Positions 28,382 through 36,946 of a stretch of 36,946 nt of DNA are shown here, piece after piece. Source of the stretch: a candidate division WOR-1 bacterium RIFCSPHIGHO2_01_FULL_53_15 (lineage in GTDB: Bacteria; Margulisbacteria; WOR-1; O2-12-FULL-45-9; XYB2-FULL-48-7). The DNA lies in contig METM01000021.1 of NCBI GenBank assembly GCA_001772335.1, forward strand, positions 127,440 to 164,385, given 5' to 3'. The notes under the pieces were generated by a model, which made no database searches, had not been told where the DNA came from, and was given only the letters and a program-made list of their open reading frames with translations. The translations under genes were made by a program, and so were the position numbers. Each line of letters opens with the position of its first letter. Positions within the stretch are counted from its first letter, which is position 1.

Positions 28382-28410
28382 ATTAAAAGCATCTCGACAA
28401 GCTCGATACA

Positions 28411-28483
28411 AGCGGGAGACCGGATTCGAACCGGCGACATCCACCTTGGAAGGGTGGCGCTCTACCAGCTGAGCTACTCCCGC
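28411..28483 (-). tRNA. tRNA-Gly(TCC)
   Basis: CCACC-CT-TCC-AA-GGTGG. Confidence 0.93.
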
Positions 28484-28486
28484 GTC

Positions 28487-28560
<74 letters not shown>

Positions 28561-28630
28561 CACTTCGACTCGCTTCGCTCGCTCAGTACTAGTCCCGAGC
28601 GAACGCAGTGAGTCGAGGGACTACACCCCG
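28561..28630. repeat. 60-bp hairpin element flanked by a 10-bp duplication of the tRNA-Pro 5' end
   Basis: TCGACTCGCTTCGCTCGCTC...GAGCGAACGCAGTGAGTCGA imperfect palindrome, CTACACCCCG at 28551-28560 and 28621-28630. Confidence 0.8.
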
Positions 28631-28648
28631 CTATCTCGACGAAATAAA

Positions 28649-28677
28649 AGTTTAACACGGGCAATATTGGTAGTCAA
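28649..28677 (-). promoter_or_regulatory. Sigma70 promoter of the tRNA operon
   Basis: TTGACT-N17-TAAACT. Confidence 0.65.
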
Positions 28678-28705
28678 ACCGGGCGGAAACTGATAAAATA
28701 TCCAC

Positions 28706-29608
28706 GTGGACAACAAAAAGGCGCTCGGCGCGGCGCTTTTAATAGCGGTCGCCATTTTTTTCGCCGAATTGATCGGCGGCTTTCTCTCGAACAGCCTGGC
28801 GCTCCTCTCCGACGCCGGCCACGTGATGACGGACGCGCTGGCGTTGACGCTGGCGCTGCTGGCGTCGATCTTTGCCGCTCTGCCGGCGACCCGGCGGCAA
28901 ACTTTCGGCTTCTATCGTCTTGAGATACTCTCCGCGCTCATCAACGGTTCGCTCCTGACCATCGTCGCGGTCTATGTCTTCTACGAAGCGGTCCAGCGCC
29001 TGCTCAATCCCGAGCCGGTCGGCGGCACGCTGATGCTGGTCGTGGCGACAATCGGTTTCCTCGCCAACCTCGGCGGCGCCGTCATCCTGGCCAAGGCCTC
29101 GCGGGAAAATCTCAATGTCCGCGGCGCGTTCATCCATGTCCTCTCCGACGCGGCCTCATCGGTGGGGGTCATCATCGGCGGCGTCCTCATCCAGTTTTTC
29201 GGCTGGTATTATGCCGACCCGATCATCGGCATCTTGATCGGACTTCTGATCCTGCGCGGGGCTTATCAACTCATCATGGAGTCGGCCAATGTCCTGCTCG
29301 AGGCGACGCCGATAGGAGTTAAACTCGACGATGTCGTTACCGCCATCTGTTCGGTCAAAGGGGTCAAAAACATCCACGATCTCCACGTCTGGTCGATCAC
29401 TTCGGGGATGAACACCATTGCCGCCCACATCCTGATCGAAGAGGGGGAGACCGCGAGGACCAATGAGATACTCGAGGCGGTCAGGGCAGCGCTCAAAACA
29501 AAATTCAATATCACGCACTCGACTTTCCAGACCGAATGCGAGGACTGCTCGGATGAGCTTTTCTGCACACTCGAACCCCATAAGAAGGCGCATCATCACG
29601 AGCATTGA
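28706..29608 (+). CDS. czcD: Cation diffusion facilitator (Zn/Co/Cd; CzcD/ZitB-like)
   Basis: SLALLSDAGH..TD, TFG..R.E.L.A..NG, N.RGAF.HV..D, HDLHVWSIT, His-rich tail. Confidence 0.92.
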   Translation: MDNKKALGAALLIAVAIFFAELIGGFLSNSLALLSDAGHVMTDALALTLALLASIFAALPATRRQTFGFYRLEILSALINGSLLTIVAVYVFYEAVQRLLNPEPVGGTLMLVVATIGFLANLGGAVILAKASRENLNVRGAFIHVLSDAASSVGVIIGGVLIQFFGWYYADPIIGILIGLLILRGAYQLIMESANVLLEATPIGVKLDDVVTAICSVKGVKNIHDLHVWSITSGMNTIAAHILIEEGETARTNEILEAVRAALKTKFNITHSTFQTECEDCSDELFCTLEPHKKAHHHEH

Positions 29609-29615
29609 ATCCGGC

Positions 29616-29643
29616 TTGACAGGGCGGGGACGTCCTGTATAAT
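29616..29643 (+). promoter_or_regulatory. Sigma70 promoter
   Basis: TTGACA-N16-TATAAT. Confidence 0.65.
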
Positions 29644-29668
29644 TTCAGTCAAAAGGGGGAAAACGAAT

Positions 29669-30316
29669 ATGGAGAAGATGATTGTTATCAGTTTGTTGGT
29701 TGGTTTGCTGATTGGTTCGACGGCGGTATTGCCGGTTATGGCGCTGACCCAGGAGGAGTCGAATATTGTTTTTAGTCTCGCCCAGAGGAAATCCTATCGT
29801 CTTGGCCTGCGCGGCGGCATAATCTCTCCGACCGACACGATCAATGTCGATAAAAATTCAACCTTTGACCTGGGGTTGGAATTTGACGCTAAATTGAATG
29901 AAAACCTTGACACCGGCCCCCGCTTCGGCCTTATCTCGAAAAAACTGCAGAACACCGGCGGCACCGTCAACGCCAACTACACCGCCATCAAGTTCGGTTT
30001 CGGCGGCCGCATCTACACCATGTACTGGGGTGAATACGGCAGTACCCACGGCTTCTTCAATTTATACCTCGCGCTTGAGGGCGATTACTACACCGTCAGC
30101 AAGACCTCCGATATTACCAGTCTGGCCACCAACCCTTCGAGTTTTGCCGGGGTCGGCGGCTATGGCGGGGTGGGTATCGAGTTGGCTTTCGGTCCGAACA
30201 CCGGCGGCTTTGTCGAAGCCGGGTATAACAAGACAAGTATCAGGTCTTCCAGCAACGAAGAATTCCCGCTCGATGGCTATGTCGTGGCGGCAGGGACGAG
30301 GTTGGCGTTCTTCTAA
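29669..30316 (+). CDS. Outer-membrane beta-barrel protein (8-stranded OMP-like)
   Basis: Signal peptide, alternating beta-strand patterns, C-terminal Phe. Confidence 0.7.
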   Translation: MEKMIVISLLVGLLIGSTAVLPVMALTQEESNIVFSLAQRKSYRLGLRGGIISPTDTINVDKNSTFDLGLEFDAKLNENLDTGPRFGLISKKLQNTGGTVNANYTAIKFGFGGRIYTMYWGEYGSTHGFFNLYLALEGDYYTVSKTSDITSLATNPSSFAGVGGYGGVGIELAFGPNTGGFVEAGYNKTSIRSSSNEEFPLDGYVVAAGTRLAFF

Positions 30317-30317
30317 A

Positions 30318-31154
30318 TTGAACCGTGTAGTCAAAAAAGAGAAGCTTAACGAAACTGTCTCCCGCATTGTTCTTGACGCTCCGCTGATAGCCAAAGCGGC
30401 GAAAGCCGGCCAGTTCGTCGTTGTTATGCCGACAGAAAACGCCGAGAGGATCCCTCTCACGATCGCCGATTTTGACACTGCGGCCGGCGCGATCTCCATT
30501 ATTTTCCAAATTGTCGGCGCCACAACGAGAGTGCTCGATTCGCTCAAAGTCGGAGCGGAAATAGCTCACCTGCTGGGCCCTTTGGGGACGCCCTCCCAGG
30601 TTGAAAATTTCGGCACGGTCGCGGTCATTGGTGGCGGGGTGGGGATAGCCGAGATCTATCCCCTGGTCAAGGCGCTAAAAAAAGCCGGGAACGAAGTTAT
30701 CACGATCATTGGTGCAAGGTGCGAAGATCTATTAATTTACGTCTCCGAACTCCGAACTCACAACTCCGAACTTAAAATTACGACCGACGACGGCACCTGC
30801 GGCCGCAAGGGTTTTGTTTCCGATGAGCTAAAAGATCTTATCGCCGGCGGCAAAAAGTTCGACCGGGTGATCGCTGTCGGTCCCGTGCCGATGATGAGGG
30901 CCTGCTGTGACATGACGAGGCCGCACGGAATTAAAACGATCGTCTCGCTAAATCCGCTGATGCTTGACGCCACCGGCATGTGCGGCATCTGCCGCGTGAC
31001 GGTCAACGGCGAAACGAAGCTCGGCTGTGTCGACGGCCCTGAGTTTGACGGCCATCAGGTTGATTTTGAGGAGTTGACCAGCCGGCTCAAGATGTATCGG
31101 GATGTTGAGAAAAGAGCGTATGACCATGTTTGCAGGTTGTTAGAACATGGCTGA
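30318..31154 (+). CDS. nfnA: NfnA/SudB-like FAD/NAD-binding [2Fe-2S] subunit
   Basis: AGQFV, ERIPLTIAD, GPLG.P, GGGVGIA, M.DATGMCGICRV, CVDGPEFDGH. Probable TTG start at 30318. Confidence 0.9.
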   Translation: MNRVVKKEKLNETVSRIVLDAPLIAKAAKAGQFVVVMPTENAERIPLTIADFDTAAGAISIIFQIVGATTRVLDSLKVGAEIAHLLGPLGTPSQVENFGTVAVIGGGVGIAEIYPLVKALKKAGNEVITIIGARCEDLLIYVSELRTHNSELKITTDDGTCGRKGFVSDELKDLIAGGKKFDRVIAVGPVPMMRACCDMTRPHGIKTIVSLNPLMLDATGMCGICRVTVNGETKLGCVDGPEFDGHQVDFEELTSRLKMYRDVEKRAYDHVCRLLEHG

Positions 31155-32544
31155 AAAGAAACCAAGGATAAAAATGACGGAGCGGCCGGCCGCGGAGCGG
31201 ATCCGCGACTTTGAGGAAGCGCCGCTCGGCTACACCGTTGAGCAGGCGATCGAAGAGGCCAAGCGCTGTCTGCTGTGCAAGGACGCCAAATGCGTGGCCG
31301 GCTGTCCCGTCGAGGTCGATATCCCCGGTTTCTTAAGATTCATCGCGCAGGGCGATTTTGACGCGGCGGTCAAAAAAATCAAGGAGACGAATTCACTGCC
31401 CGCCATCTGCGGCCGGGTCTGTCCCCAGGAAGAGCAGTGCGAGCTGAAGTGCATTATCGGCATTAAAGGCGAACCGGTGGGGATAGGGAATTTGGAGAGA
31501 TTTGCGGCGGATTGGGAAAGGGAGAATCAGCCCTCACCCGCCAGCGCAAAAGCTCGCCCCCCTCTCCCAGAGGGAGAGGGTAAAAAGGTTGCAGTCGTCG
31601 GCTCCGGGCCGGCGGGGCTGACCTGCGCCGGGGACCTGGCTCAGCTTGGTTATCAGGTGACGGTCTTTGAGACGCTCCACGTCGCGGGAGGGGTGCTCAC
31701 ATACGGCATTCCCGAATTCCGCCTGCCGAAAAAGATCGTCGATCTCGAAATTGATTACGTCAAAAGCTTAGGGGTCGATGTCCGGCTGGATGTCCTGATC
31801 GGCAATACTTACACGATCGAAGATCTGCTCAAGGAATTCAAGGCCGTTTTTATCGGCTCGGGGGCAGGCGCGCCGAGGTTCATGGGGATCCCCGGCGAAA
31901 ACCTCGACGGGGTTTACTCCGCCAACGAATTCCTCTTCCGCGTCAACATGATGAAGGCCTGGAAATTCCCGGAATATCTGACACCGGTCAAGCTTGGCAA
32001 GAAGGCGGCGGTGATTGGCGGCGGCAATGTCGCCATGGACGCGGCCAGGGTTTCTCTGCGGCTGGGCGCCGACGAGGTCTATATTATTTACCGGCGGACG
32101 GAGAAAGAGATGCCGGCCCGGCGTGAAGAGATCAAGCGCGCCGAGGAAGAAGGGATCATCTTTAAATATCTGACCCTGCCGGTCAGGTATCACTTTGGCG
32201 GTCACGGCTGGGTCGGCGAAGTTGAATGTCTCGAGATGGAATTAGGCGAGCCGGACGCCACCGGTCGCAGGCGACCGATGGAAATCAAAAATTCAAACTT
32301 CAAAATCCAAATTGATTCAGCCATTGTCGCGATCGGCAACTCTCCCAATCCGCTCGTGCCTCTCCGAACTCCATTACTCCGAACTGAAAAATGGGGTGGC
32401 GTCATTGTGACGCCGGAAGGCCTGACTTCCATCCCCGGGGTATACGCCGGCGGCGACATCGTTCGCGGAGCGGCAACCGTGATTTCCGCCATGGGCGACG
32501 GCAAGAAAGCGGCCAGGGCAATTGACGCTTTCCTTCGCGGATAG
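31147..32544 (+). CDS. nfnB: NfnB/SudA-like (homotetrameric GltA/GltD-type) NADPH-dependent oxidoreductase
   Basis: EA.RCL.C...C..GCP, CGRVCPQE.QCE, GSGPAGL, GGGNVAMDAAR, AGGDIV.GAATVI.AM. Confidence 0.9.
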   Translation: MAEKKPRIKMTERPAAERIRDFEEAPLGYTVEQAIEEAKRCLLCKDAKCVAGCPVEVDIPGFLRFIAQGDFDAAVKKIKETNSLPAICGRVCPQEEQCELKCIIGIKGEPVGIGNLERFAADWERENQPSPASAKARPPLPEGEGKKVAVVGSGPAGLTCAGDLAQLGYQVTVFETLHVAGGVLTYGIPEFRLPKKIVDLEIDYVKSLGVDVRLDVLIGNTYTIEDLLKEFKAVFIGSGAGAPRFMGIPGENLDGVYSANEFLFRVNMMKAWKFPEYLTPVKLGKKAAVIGGGNVAMDAARVSLRLGADEVYIIYRRTEKEMPARREEIKRAEEEGIIFKYLTLPVRYHFGGHGWVGEVECLEMELGEPDATGRRRPMEIKNSNFKIQIDSAIVAIGNSPNPLVPLRTPLLRTEKWGGVIVTPEGLTSIPGVYAGGDIVRGAATVISAMGDGKKAARAIDAFLRG

Positions 32545-32564
32545 GATTATGTATAATTTCGGGC

Positions 32565-34157
32565 ATGAAGATCGCCCTCGGCCAGATCAACCCAATCGTC
32601 GGGGATCTGAAGTATAATAGCGCCAAGATCATCGACCTGATCGAGGAGGCGCGCCACGAGAAAGCCGACCTCGTTGTCTTCCCCGAACTTTGTGTCACCG
32701 GCTACCCCCCGGAAGATCTTGTCCTCAAGCCGAAGTTCATCGCCGAGAATCTGGCCGCGGTCGAGCGCATCGTCAAAGCGTCGAAAAATATCGCGGTTTA
32801 CCTCGGCTTTGTTAATCTCGCCAAAGATCACCTCTATAACGCCGGCGCTTTTATCGTCGATGGCAAGGTCAAAGAGGTCTATCACAAGATGAATCTCCCC
32901 AACTACGCCGTCTTTGACGAGAAAAGATATTTCAAAGAAGGGGAAAAGGGGTCGGTCGTCAATTACAAAGGGACGAAGATCGGCCTCGGCATCTGCGAGG
33001 ATGTCTGGGTCGAGCATGGGCCGTACCAGGCCGAAGTTAAAAGCGGCGCGCGGCTCATTCTGAACATCAACGCCTCGCCTTATCACATCGGCAAGGTCAA
33101 AGAACGGGAGGCGATGCTCAAAGCGCGCGCCAAGCAGAACAAGGCCTACTTTGTCTATGTCAACCTGGTCGGCGGGCAGGATGAATTGATCTTCGACGGC
33201 GGCAGTATGGTTATTGACCCGAAAGGCAACCTAATTGCCGCCTGCGGCCAGTATCGCGAAGAGCTCCTTTTTGTCGATCTCGAAAAAGACCAGCTGGCGG
33301 ATTGGCGCTGGCTGGATGAGCCGGCCGAGGTTTATCAGGCGCTCGTCCTCTGCGTCAAGGATTATGTCGTCAAAAACGGGTTCAACGACGTCCTGATCGG
33401 CGTCTCGGGGGGGATCGATTCGGCGCTGACGCTGGCGGTCGCGGTTGACGCCCTCGGCCAGGAGCGCGTCCACGCCGTCTTTATGCCTTCGCAATATTCC
33501 GCCGAACAGAGTTTCCGTGACGCGAAACAGGTGGCGGAGAATCTGGGCGTTGAGTTCGCCGTCATTCCGATCAACGATCTGTTTACCCGATACCTCGAGA
33601 CCTTGACGCCTCATTTCAAAGGCAAACCCGCCAACACCGCCGAGGAGAATTTGCAGGCGCGCATCCGGGGCAGTTGCCTCATGGCGCTCTCGAACAAGTT
33701 CGGCTGGCTGGTCCTCTCCACTGGGAATAAATCGGAGCTCTCGACCGGCTACTGCACTCTCTACGGCGACATGGTCGGCGGCTTTGGCGTCCTCAAGGAT
33801 GTGCCCAAGACACTCGTCTATCGTCTGGCCGTCTGGCGAAACGTGAAAAAGAGCGTTATCCCTGAGTCAATCATCAAGCGGCCGCCGACGGCGGAGCTCA
33901 AGCCCGACCAGACCGACCAGGATGTCCTGCCGCCCTACGCTCTCCTTGACCCGATCATGCGGGCCTATGTCGAAGAGAACAAGAGCATCAGGGAGATCAT
34001 CGAGAGCGGTTATGAGGCGAAAACTGTTGAAAAGATTGCCGCGATGATCGATAATTCCGAGTATAAACGGCGGCAGGCGCCGCCCGGCCCGCGGATCTCG
34101 GCGCGGGCATTCGGCAAGGACTGGCGGTTGCCGATCACCAACCGCTTCAAGGAGTGA
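32565..34157 (+). CDS. nadE: Glutamine-dependent NAD+ synthetase
   Basis: Nitrilase domain (FPEL, K..LPNY..FDE.RYF, ICED), SGGIDS, EN.QARIRG, GNKSE. Confidence 0.96.
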   Translation: MKIALGQINPIVGDLKYNSAKIIDLIEEARHEKADLVVFPELCVTGYPPEDLVLKPKFIAENLAAVERIVKASKNIAVYLGFVNLAKDHLYNAGAFIVDGKVKEVYHKMNLPNYAVFDEKRYFKEGEKGSVVNYKGTKIGLGICEDVWVEHGPYQAEVKSGARLILNINASPYHIGKVKEREAMLKARAKQNKAYFVYVNLVGGQDELIFDGGSMVIDPKGNLIAACGQYREELLFVDLEKDQLADWRWLDEPAEVYQALVLCVKDYVVKNGFNDVLIGVSGGIDSALTLAVAVDALGQERVHAVFMPSQYSAEQSFRDAKQVAENLGVEFAVIPINDLFTRYLETLTPHFKGKPANTAEENLQARIRGSCLMALSNKFGWLVLSTGNKSELSTGYCTLYGDMVGGFGVLKDVPKTLVYRLAVWRNVKKSVIPESIIKRPPTAELKPDQTDQDVLPPYALLDPIMRAYVEENKSIREIIESGYEAKTVEKIAAMIDNSEYKRRQAPPGPRISARAFGKDWRLPITNRFKE

Positions 34158-34163
34158 GCGAAA

Positions 34164-35789
34164 ATGCCTATCAGGATCCGGCTGGCTGTCAATATTCTGG
34201 CCTCTTTGTTTGTCATAATCACCATCTCAACCGCGGCTTTCTGGTTCATCGTTAACATAGGCGAGCGGGCGGCCCACGAAGATAACCTCAAAAACATTCT
34301 TTACATCATCGGGCTGGAAGAAAAAGGCATTGAGAAGATAACCAAGGACTACGGCGATTGGGACGACATGCTGGCCTGGATGGATAACCGCGACCCGGCC
34401 TTCATCAAGAAGCAGGTGACCGATTTTGCTCCGGCGACCTTTGACCTCCAGTTTGCCTTCATCACCGACATGAAAGGCAATGTCGTCTACCAGTACGGCG
34501 GCTACCCGGAGTTCCGCGGCAATATTTTGACGCTGCCGATCGTGAGAGAAGGGCTCAAATATAAGACGGTCACCGGCCTGATGGCGACTGCGCGCGGCCC
34601 GGCCATGGTTTCGGCTCTGCCGGTCGAGGATTCGGTCGACAAAAAGCCGCAGAACGGGCTGATCTTGTACGGGCGCCTGATCGACAACGACTTTGCCGCT
34701 TCGCTCAAGCAGGCCTCCGGTTTTGACATCACTTTCTATGCCGGGGACGACCCCTTCGCGTCGACCGTCTCGGGCGAAGCAAGATTGACCGCCGATCTTT
34801 CGCAAAAGCTTTATGCCGCGGGGGAAAAGACGATCGAGCTGCGTCCGCCGCACGTCACTATTTACAGCCCGCTTGTTGACGTCAGCAGCGGTCGCGTCAT
34901 TGCGGCTCTCAAGATCGAGCGTGACAGGACGGCGCTTTTTCTCTCCGCCGGCGCCGTCCTTGTTGTCGCCACCGTTATCCTGATCGTCGTCTTTTTCATC
35001 AGCTGGACTTTTTCCGCCGGCCTCGTGGGCCGGCTCCTCACGCTGCAGTCGGCGATCGCGCTCCTCGAACAGGGCAAGTACCCGGCGCCGCTCCCGGCGC
35101 GCGAGGCGGACGAGCTCGGCCGCCTGACCAACGCTTTTAATAACTTAATCATCGAGCTCAAGGACTCGCGCGAAAAACTGGAGGCGGACCTCGTCGAGCG
35201 GACCGAATTGTTCGAGAATTCGCCGATTTCTCTCTGGGCAGAGGATCTTTCGGAACTGAAAAGATATTTTGACAGTCGTCGAACCGCGGGCGCTGATGAT
35301 TTCCGCGCGTTCTTCGATGCGCATCCGGAAGAATTGAATAAATGCGCCGCGCTCATCAAGGTCGTGAACGTCAACCAGGCGACGCTTGATCTTTTCAAAG
35401 CCAAAAGCAAAGACGACTTCCTGGCCGGCCTGCCCGCGATCATCGCCGAAGAATCTTATGGCGTCTTCAAGGCTGGGCTGGTGGCAATTGCTGAAGGCAA
35501 AGAGGAATTCAGCGGCGAAGGGACCATGCTGGCCCGGACGGGCGAAAAACTAGATGTTCTCGTTAAGCTGCGCGTCCTGCCGGCCGGGGGCGGCCCAAAT
35601 CTGCGCGCGCTTTTTTCGGTCGTTAACCTGACGGGATTAAAGCGGACGGAAGCCGAGCTGCAAAAGCGGGTCAAAGAACTCAAGGAATTCTCCGACCTGG
35701 CCGTCGGCCGCGAGCTGAAGATGGAAGAGCTTGAAAAGACGGTCAAACTGCTCAAACAGCAGATCGAGGATGCGCGTTCCCGGCAATAA
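34164..35789 (+). CDS. Membrane sensor: CHASE4-like + HAMP + PAS, no kinase domain
   Basis: DYGDWDD (CHASE4-like), two TMs, DELG.L..AFN (HAMP), LFENSPISLW.ED (PAS), terminal VGRELKMEEL coiled coil. Confidence 0.8.
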   Translation: MPIRIRLAVNILASLFVIITISTAAFWFIVNIGERAAHEDNLKNILYIIGLEEKGIEKITKDYGDWDDMLAWMDNRDPAFIKKQVTDFAPATFDLQFAFITDMKGNVVYQYGGYPEFRGNILTLPIVREGLKYKTVTGLMATARGPAMVSALPVEDSVDKKPQNGLILYGRLIDNDFAASLKQASGFDITFYAGDDPFASTVSGEARLTADLSQKLYAAGEKTIELRPPHVTIYSPLVDVSSGRVIAALKIERDRTALFLSAGAVLVVATVILIVVFFISWTFSAGLVGRLLTLQSAIALLEQGKYPAPLPAREADELGRLTNAFNNLIIELKDSREKLEADLVERTELFENSPISLWAEDLSELKRYFDSRRTAGADDFRAFFDAHPEELNKCAALIKVVNVNQATLDLFKAKSKDDFLAGLPAIIAEESYGVFKAGLVAIAEGKEEFSGEGTMLARTGEKLDVLVKLRVLPAGGGPNLRALFSVVNLTGLKRTEAELQKRVKELKEFSDLAVGRELKMEELEKTVKLLKQQIEDARSRQ

Positions 35790-35791
35790 AA

Positions 35792-36946
35792 ATGGAAACC
35801 GGGAAAATACGGCTTTATCTCCGCCTCAAATGGGTAATCATTGGCGTGGTTCTGGGAGTCACCATTTTCGAGAACCTGATCGCCTTTACCCCCCTCTCAA
35901 CCGGCGTCACGCTGACGGCCGTGCTCCTGGCGGCGGCCGGCGCTCTTCGGCTGCGCCGGGCGCTTGAGAAGGACCGGGCGACAAATTTTCTCGTCCACCT
36001 CGCGCTCGCCTTTGATTTTTTCCTTATTATCCTGGCCATTTATGTCGGCGGCAGCCTCGAAAGCATGTGGTATTTCCTGCTGGTCTTCATCCCGTTCATC
36101 GCCGGCTATATTTTTGGCGCCCGGACCTCTTTGTTTTACGCGGCAGCTTCGCTGGCCCTGGTCATGGCCGTCGTTCTGCTGGAATACTTTAATGTCATCC
36201 CGCATTTTGACGCTTTCACTCCGCCGGAAACCTATTGGCGAAGATATGAATACATCATTGATTACCTGTTGGGGCTTTTCCTGCTTTATTTTGTGGGGGC
36301 GTTGGCCAGCGCCTATCTGACCAAACTGCTCGAACAAAGGACGCGGGAAGTTCAGGGCTACACTCAGCAGCTTGAAGCAAGCGTCGCCCGGAGCCGGGCT
36401 TCGGAAGCAGAAGCGCAGCGGGCGAAAGAGGAGCTGGAAATACGAGTGCGGGAAAGGACCCGGGAGCTGGAGGGAATCAGGGAGAATCTCGAGAAAAATG
36501 TTGAAGCGAGGACAGGGGAGCTTGAGGCCGCCCGCCGGGCCGCCCTCCACATGCTCAAAGACCTCAAAGAAGATATGGTCAAGCTCGAGGCGGTCGACCG
36601 CCTGAAAACGGAGTTCCTCTCAATGGTCAGCCACGAATTGCGCACGCCGCTGACGCCGATCAAGGGCTATCTCTCGCTCCTGCTGGCCAACAAGATGGGC
36701 GAGGTGAGCGGCCAGCAGAAAGACGCGCTCGTCATCCTCGCTCGCCAGAGCGACCACCTGCAGGACCTGATCGAGAGCTTGCTCGACATCTCGCGCCTCG
36801 AGCTCGGCAAGCCGATCCCGATCTCCAAAGAGCCGCTCTCGGTCAAAAAAGTGATCGATGAAGTGGTCGAGGCGGTGAGGATCATGGCCGAGAGCCGCGG
36901 TTTGAGCGTCAATGTCGAGGCGGCAGAAAATATCCCGACGATCATC
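35792..36946 (+). CDS. Membrane sensor histidine kinase (truncated by window edge)
   Basis: Manual translation from ATG 35792: multi-TM N-terminus, coiled coil, DRLKTEFLSMVSHELRTPLT H-box, LI.SLLDISR. Confidence 0.9.
   Translation, partial: METGKIRLYLRLKWVIIGVVLGVTIFENLIAFTPLSTGVTLTAVLLAAAGALRLRRALEKDRATNFLVHLALAFDFFLIILAIYVGGSLESMWYFLLVFIPFIAGYIFGARTSLFYAAASLALVMAVVLLEYFNVIPHFDAFTPPETYWRRYEYIIDYLLGLFLLYFVGALASAYLTKLLEQRTREVQGYTQQLEASVARSRASEAEAQRAKEELEIRVRERTRELEGIRENLEKNVEARTGELEAARRAALHMLKDLKEDMVKLEAVDRLKTEFLSMVSHELRTPLTPIKGYLSLLLANKMGEVSGQQKDALVILARQSDHLQDLIESLLDISRLELGKPIPISKEPLSVKKVIDEVVEAVRIMAESRGLSVNVEAAENIPTII

Noticed and set aside
29898-30317. 140-aa N-terminal extension of NfnA
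   Set aside because: Alternate frame of the OMP gene; NfnA similarity begins near TTG 30318
31147-32544. Glutamate synthase small subunit of a GltBD pair
   Set aside because: No gltB adjacent; pairing with an NfnA/SudB-like gene favours an NfnAB-type transhydrogenase

Overview
Bacterial chromosomal window from a diderm (several small outer-membrane beta-barrel-like genes); the taxonomy cannot be fixed from this sequence alone. The right ~31 kb is mostly core or housekeeping: ktrA-like and kimA-like K+ uptake genes, pabB, AI-2E transporter, tautomerase, mutM, tRNA-Arg, secDF, uppP, a vWA lipoprotein, ftsK, a BtuFCD-like ABC importer, YfhO, a six-tRNA operon, a CDF exporter, NfnAB/SudAB-like oxidoreductase, glutamine-dependent nadE and a sensor/kinase pair. 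The left ~5.6 kb looks like an island whose edge is a 17-codon 5' stub of tsaD. It carries MNT-HEPN, an intact ISL3 element (25-bp IRs, 9-bp target duplication) and an unusual minus-strand cluster of signal-peptide-bearing amino-acid decarboxylases/deamidases that need no external cofactor: an AaxB-type pyruvoyl arginine decarboxylase, two PSD-family proteins, a type II asparaginase and a glutaminase remnant. This cluster is the best candidate for an undescribed system. A second theme is several families of small palindromic or heptamer repeats. They lie between genes and also in-frame inside pabB, nfnA/nfnB, yfhO and btuF; one is nested inside another, and one duplicates the 5' end of tRNA-Pro. 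Many core genes appear leaderless.
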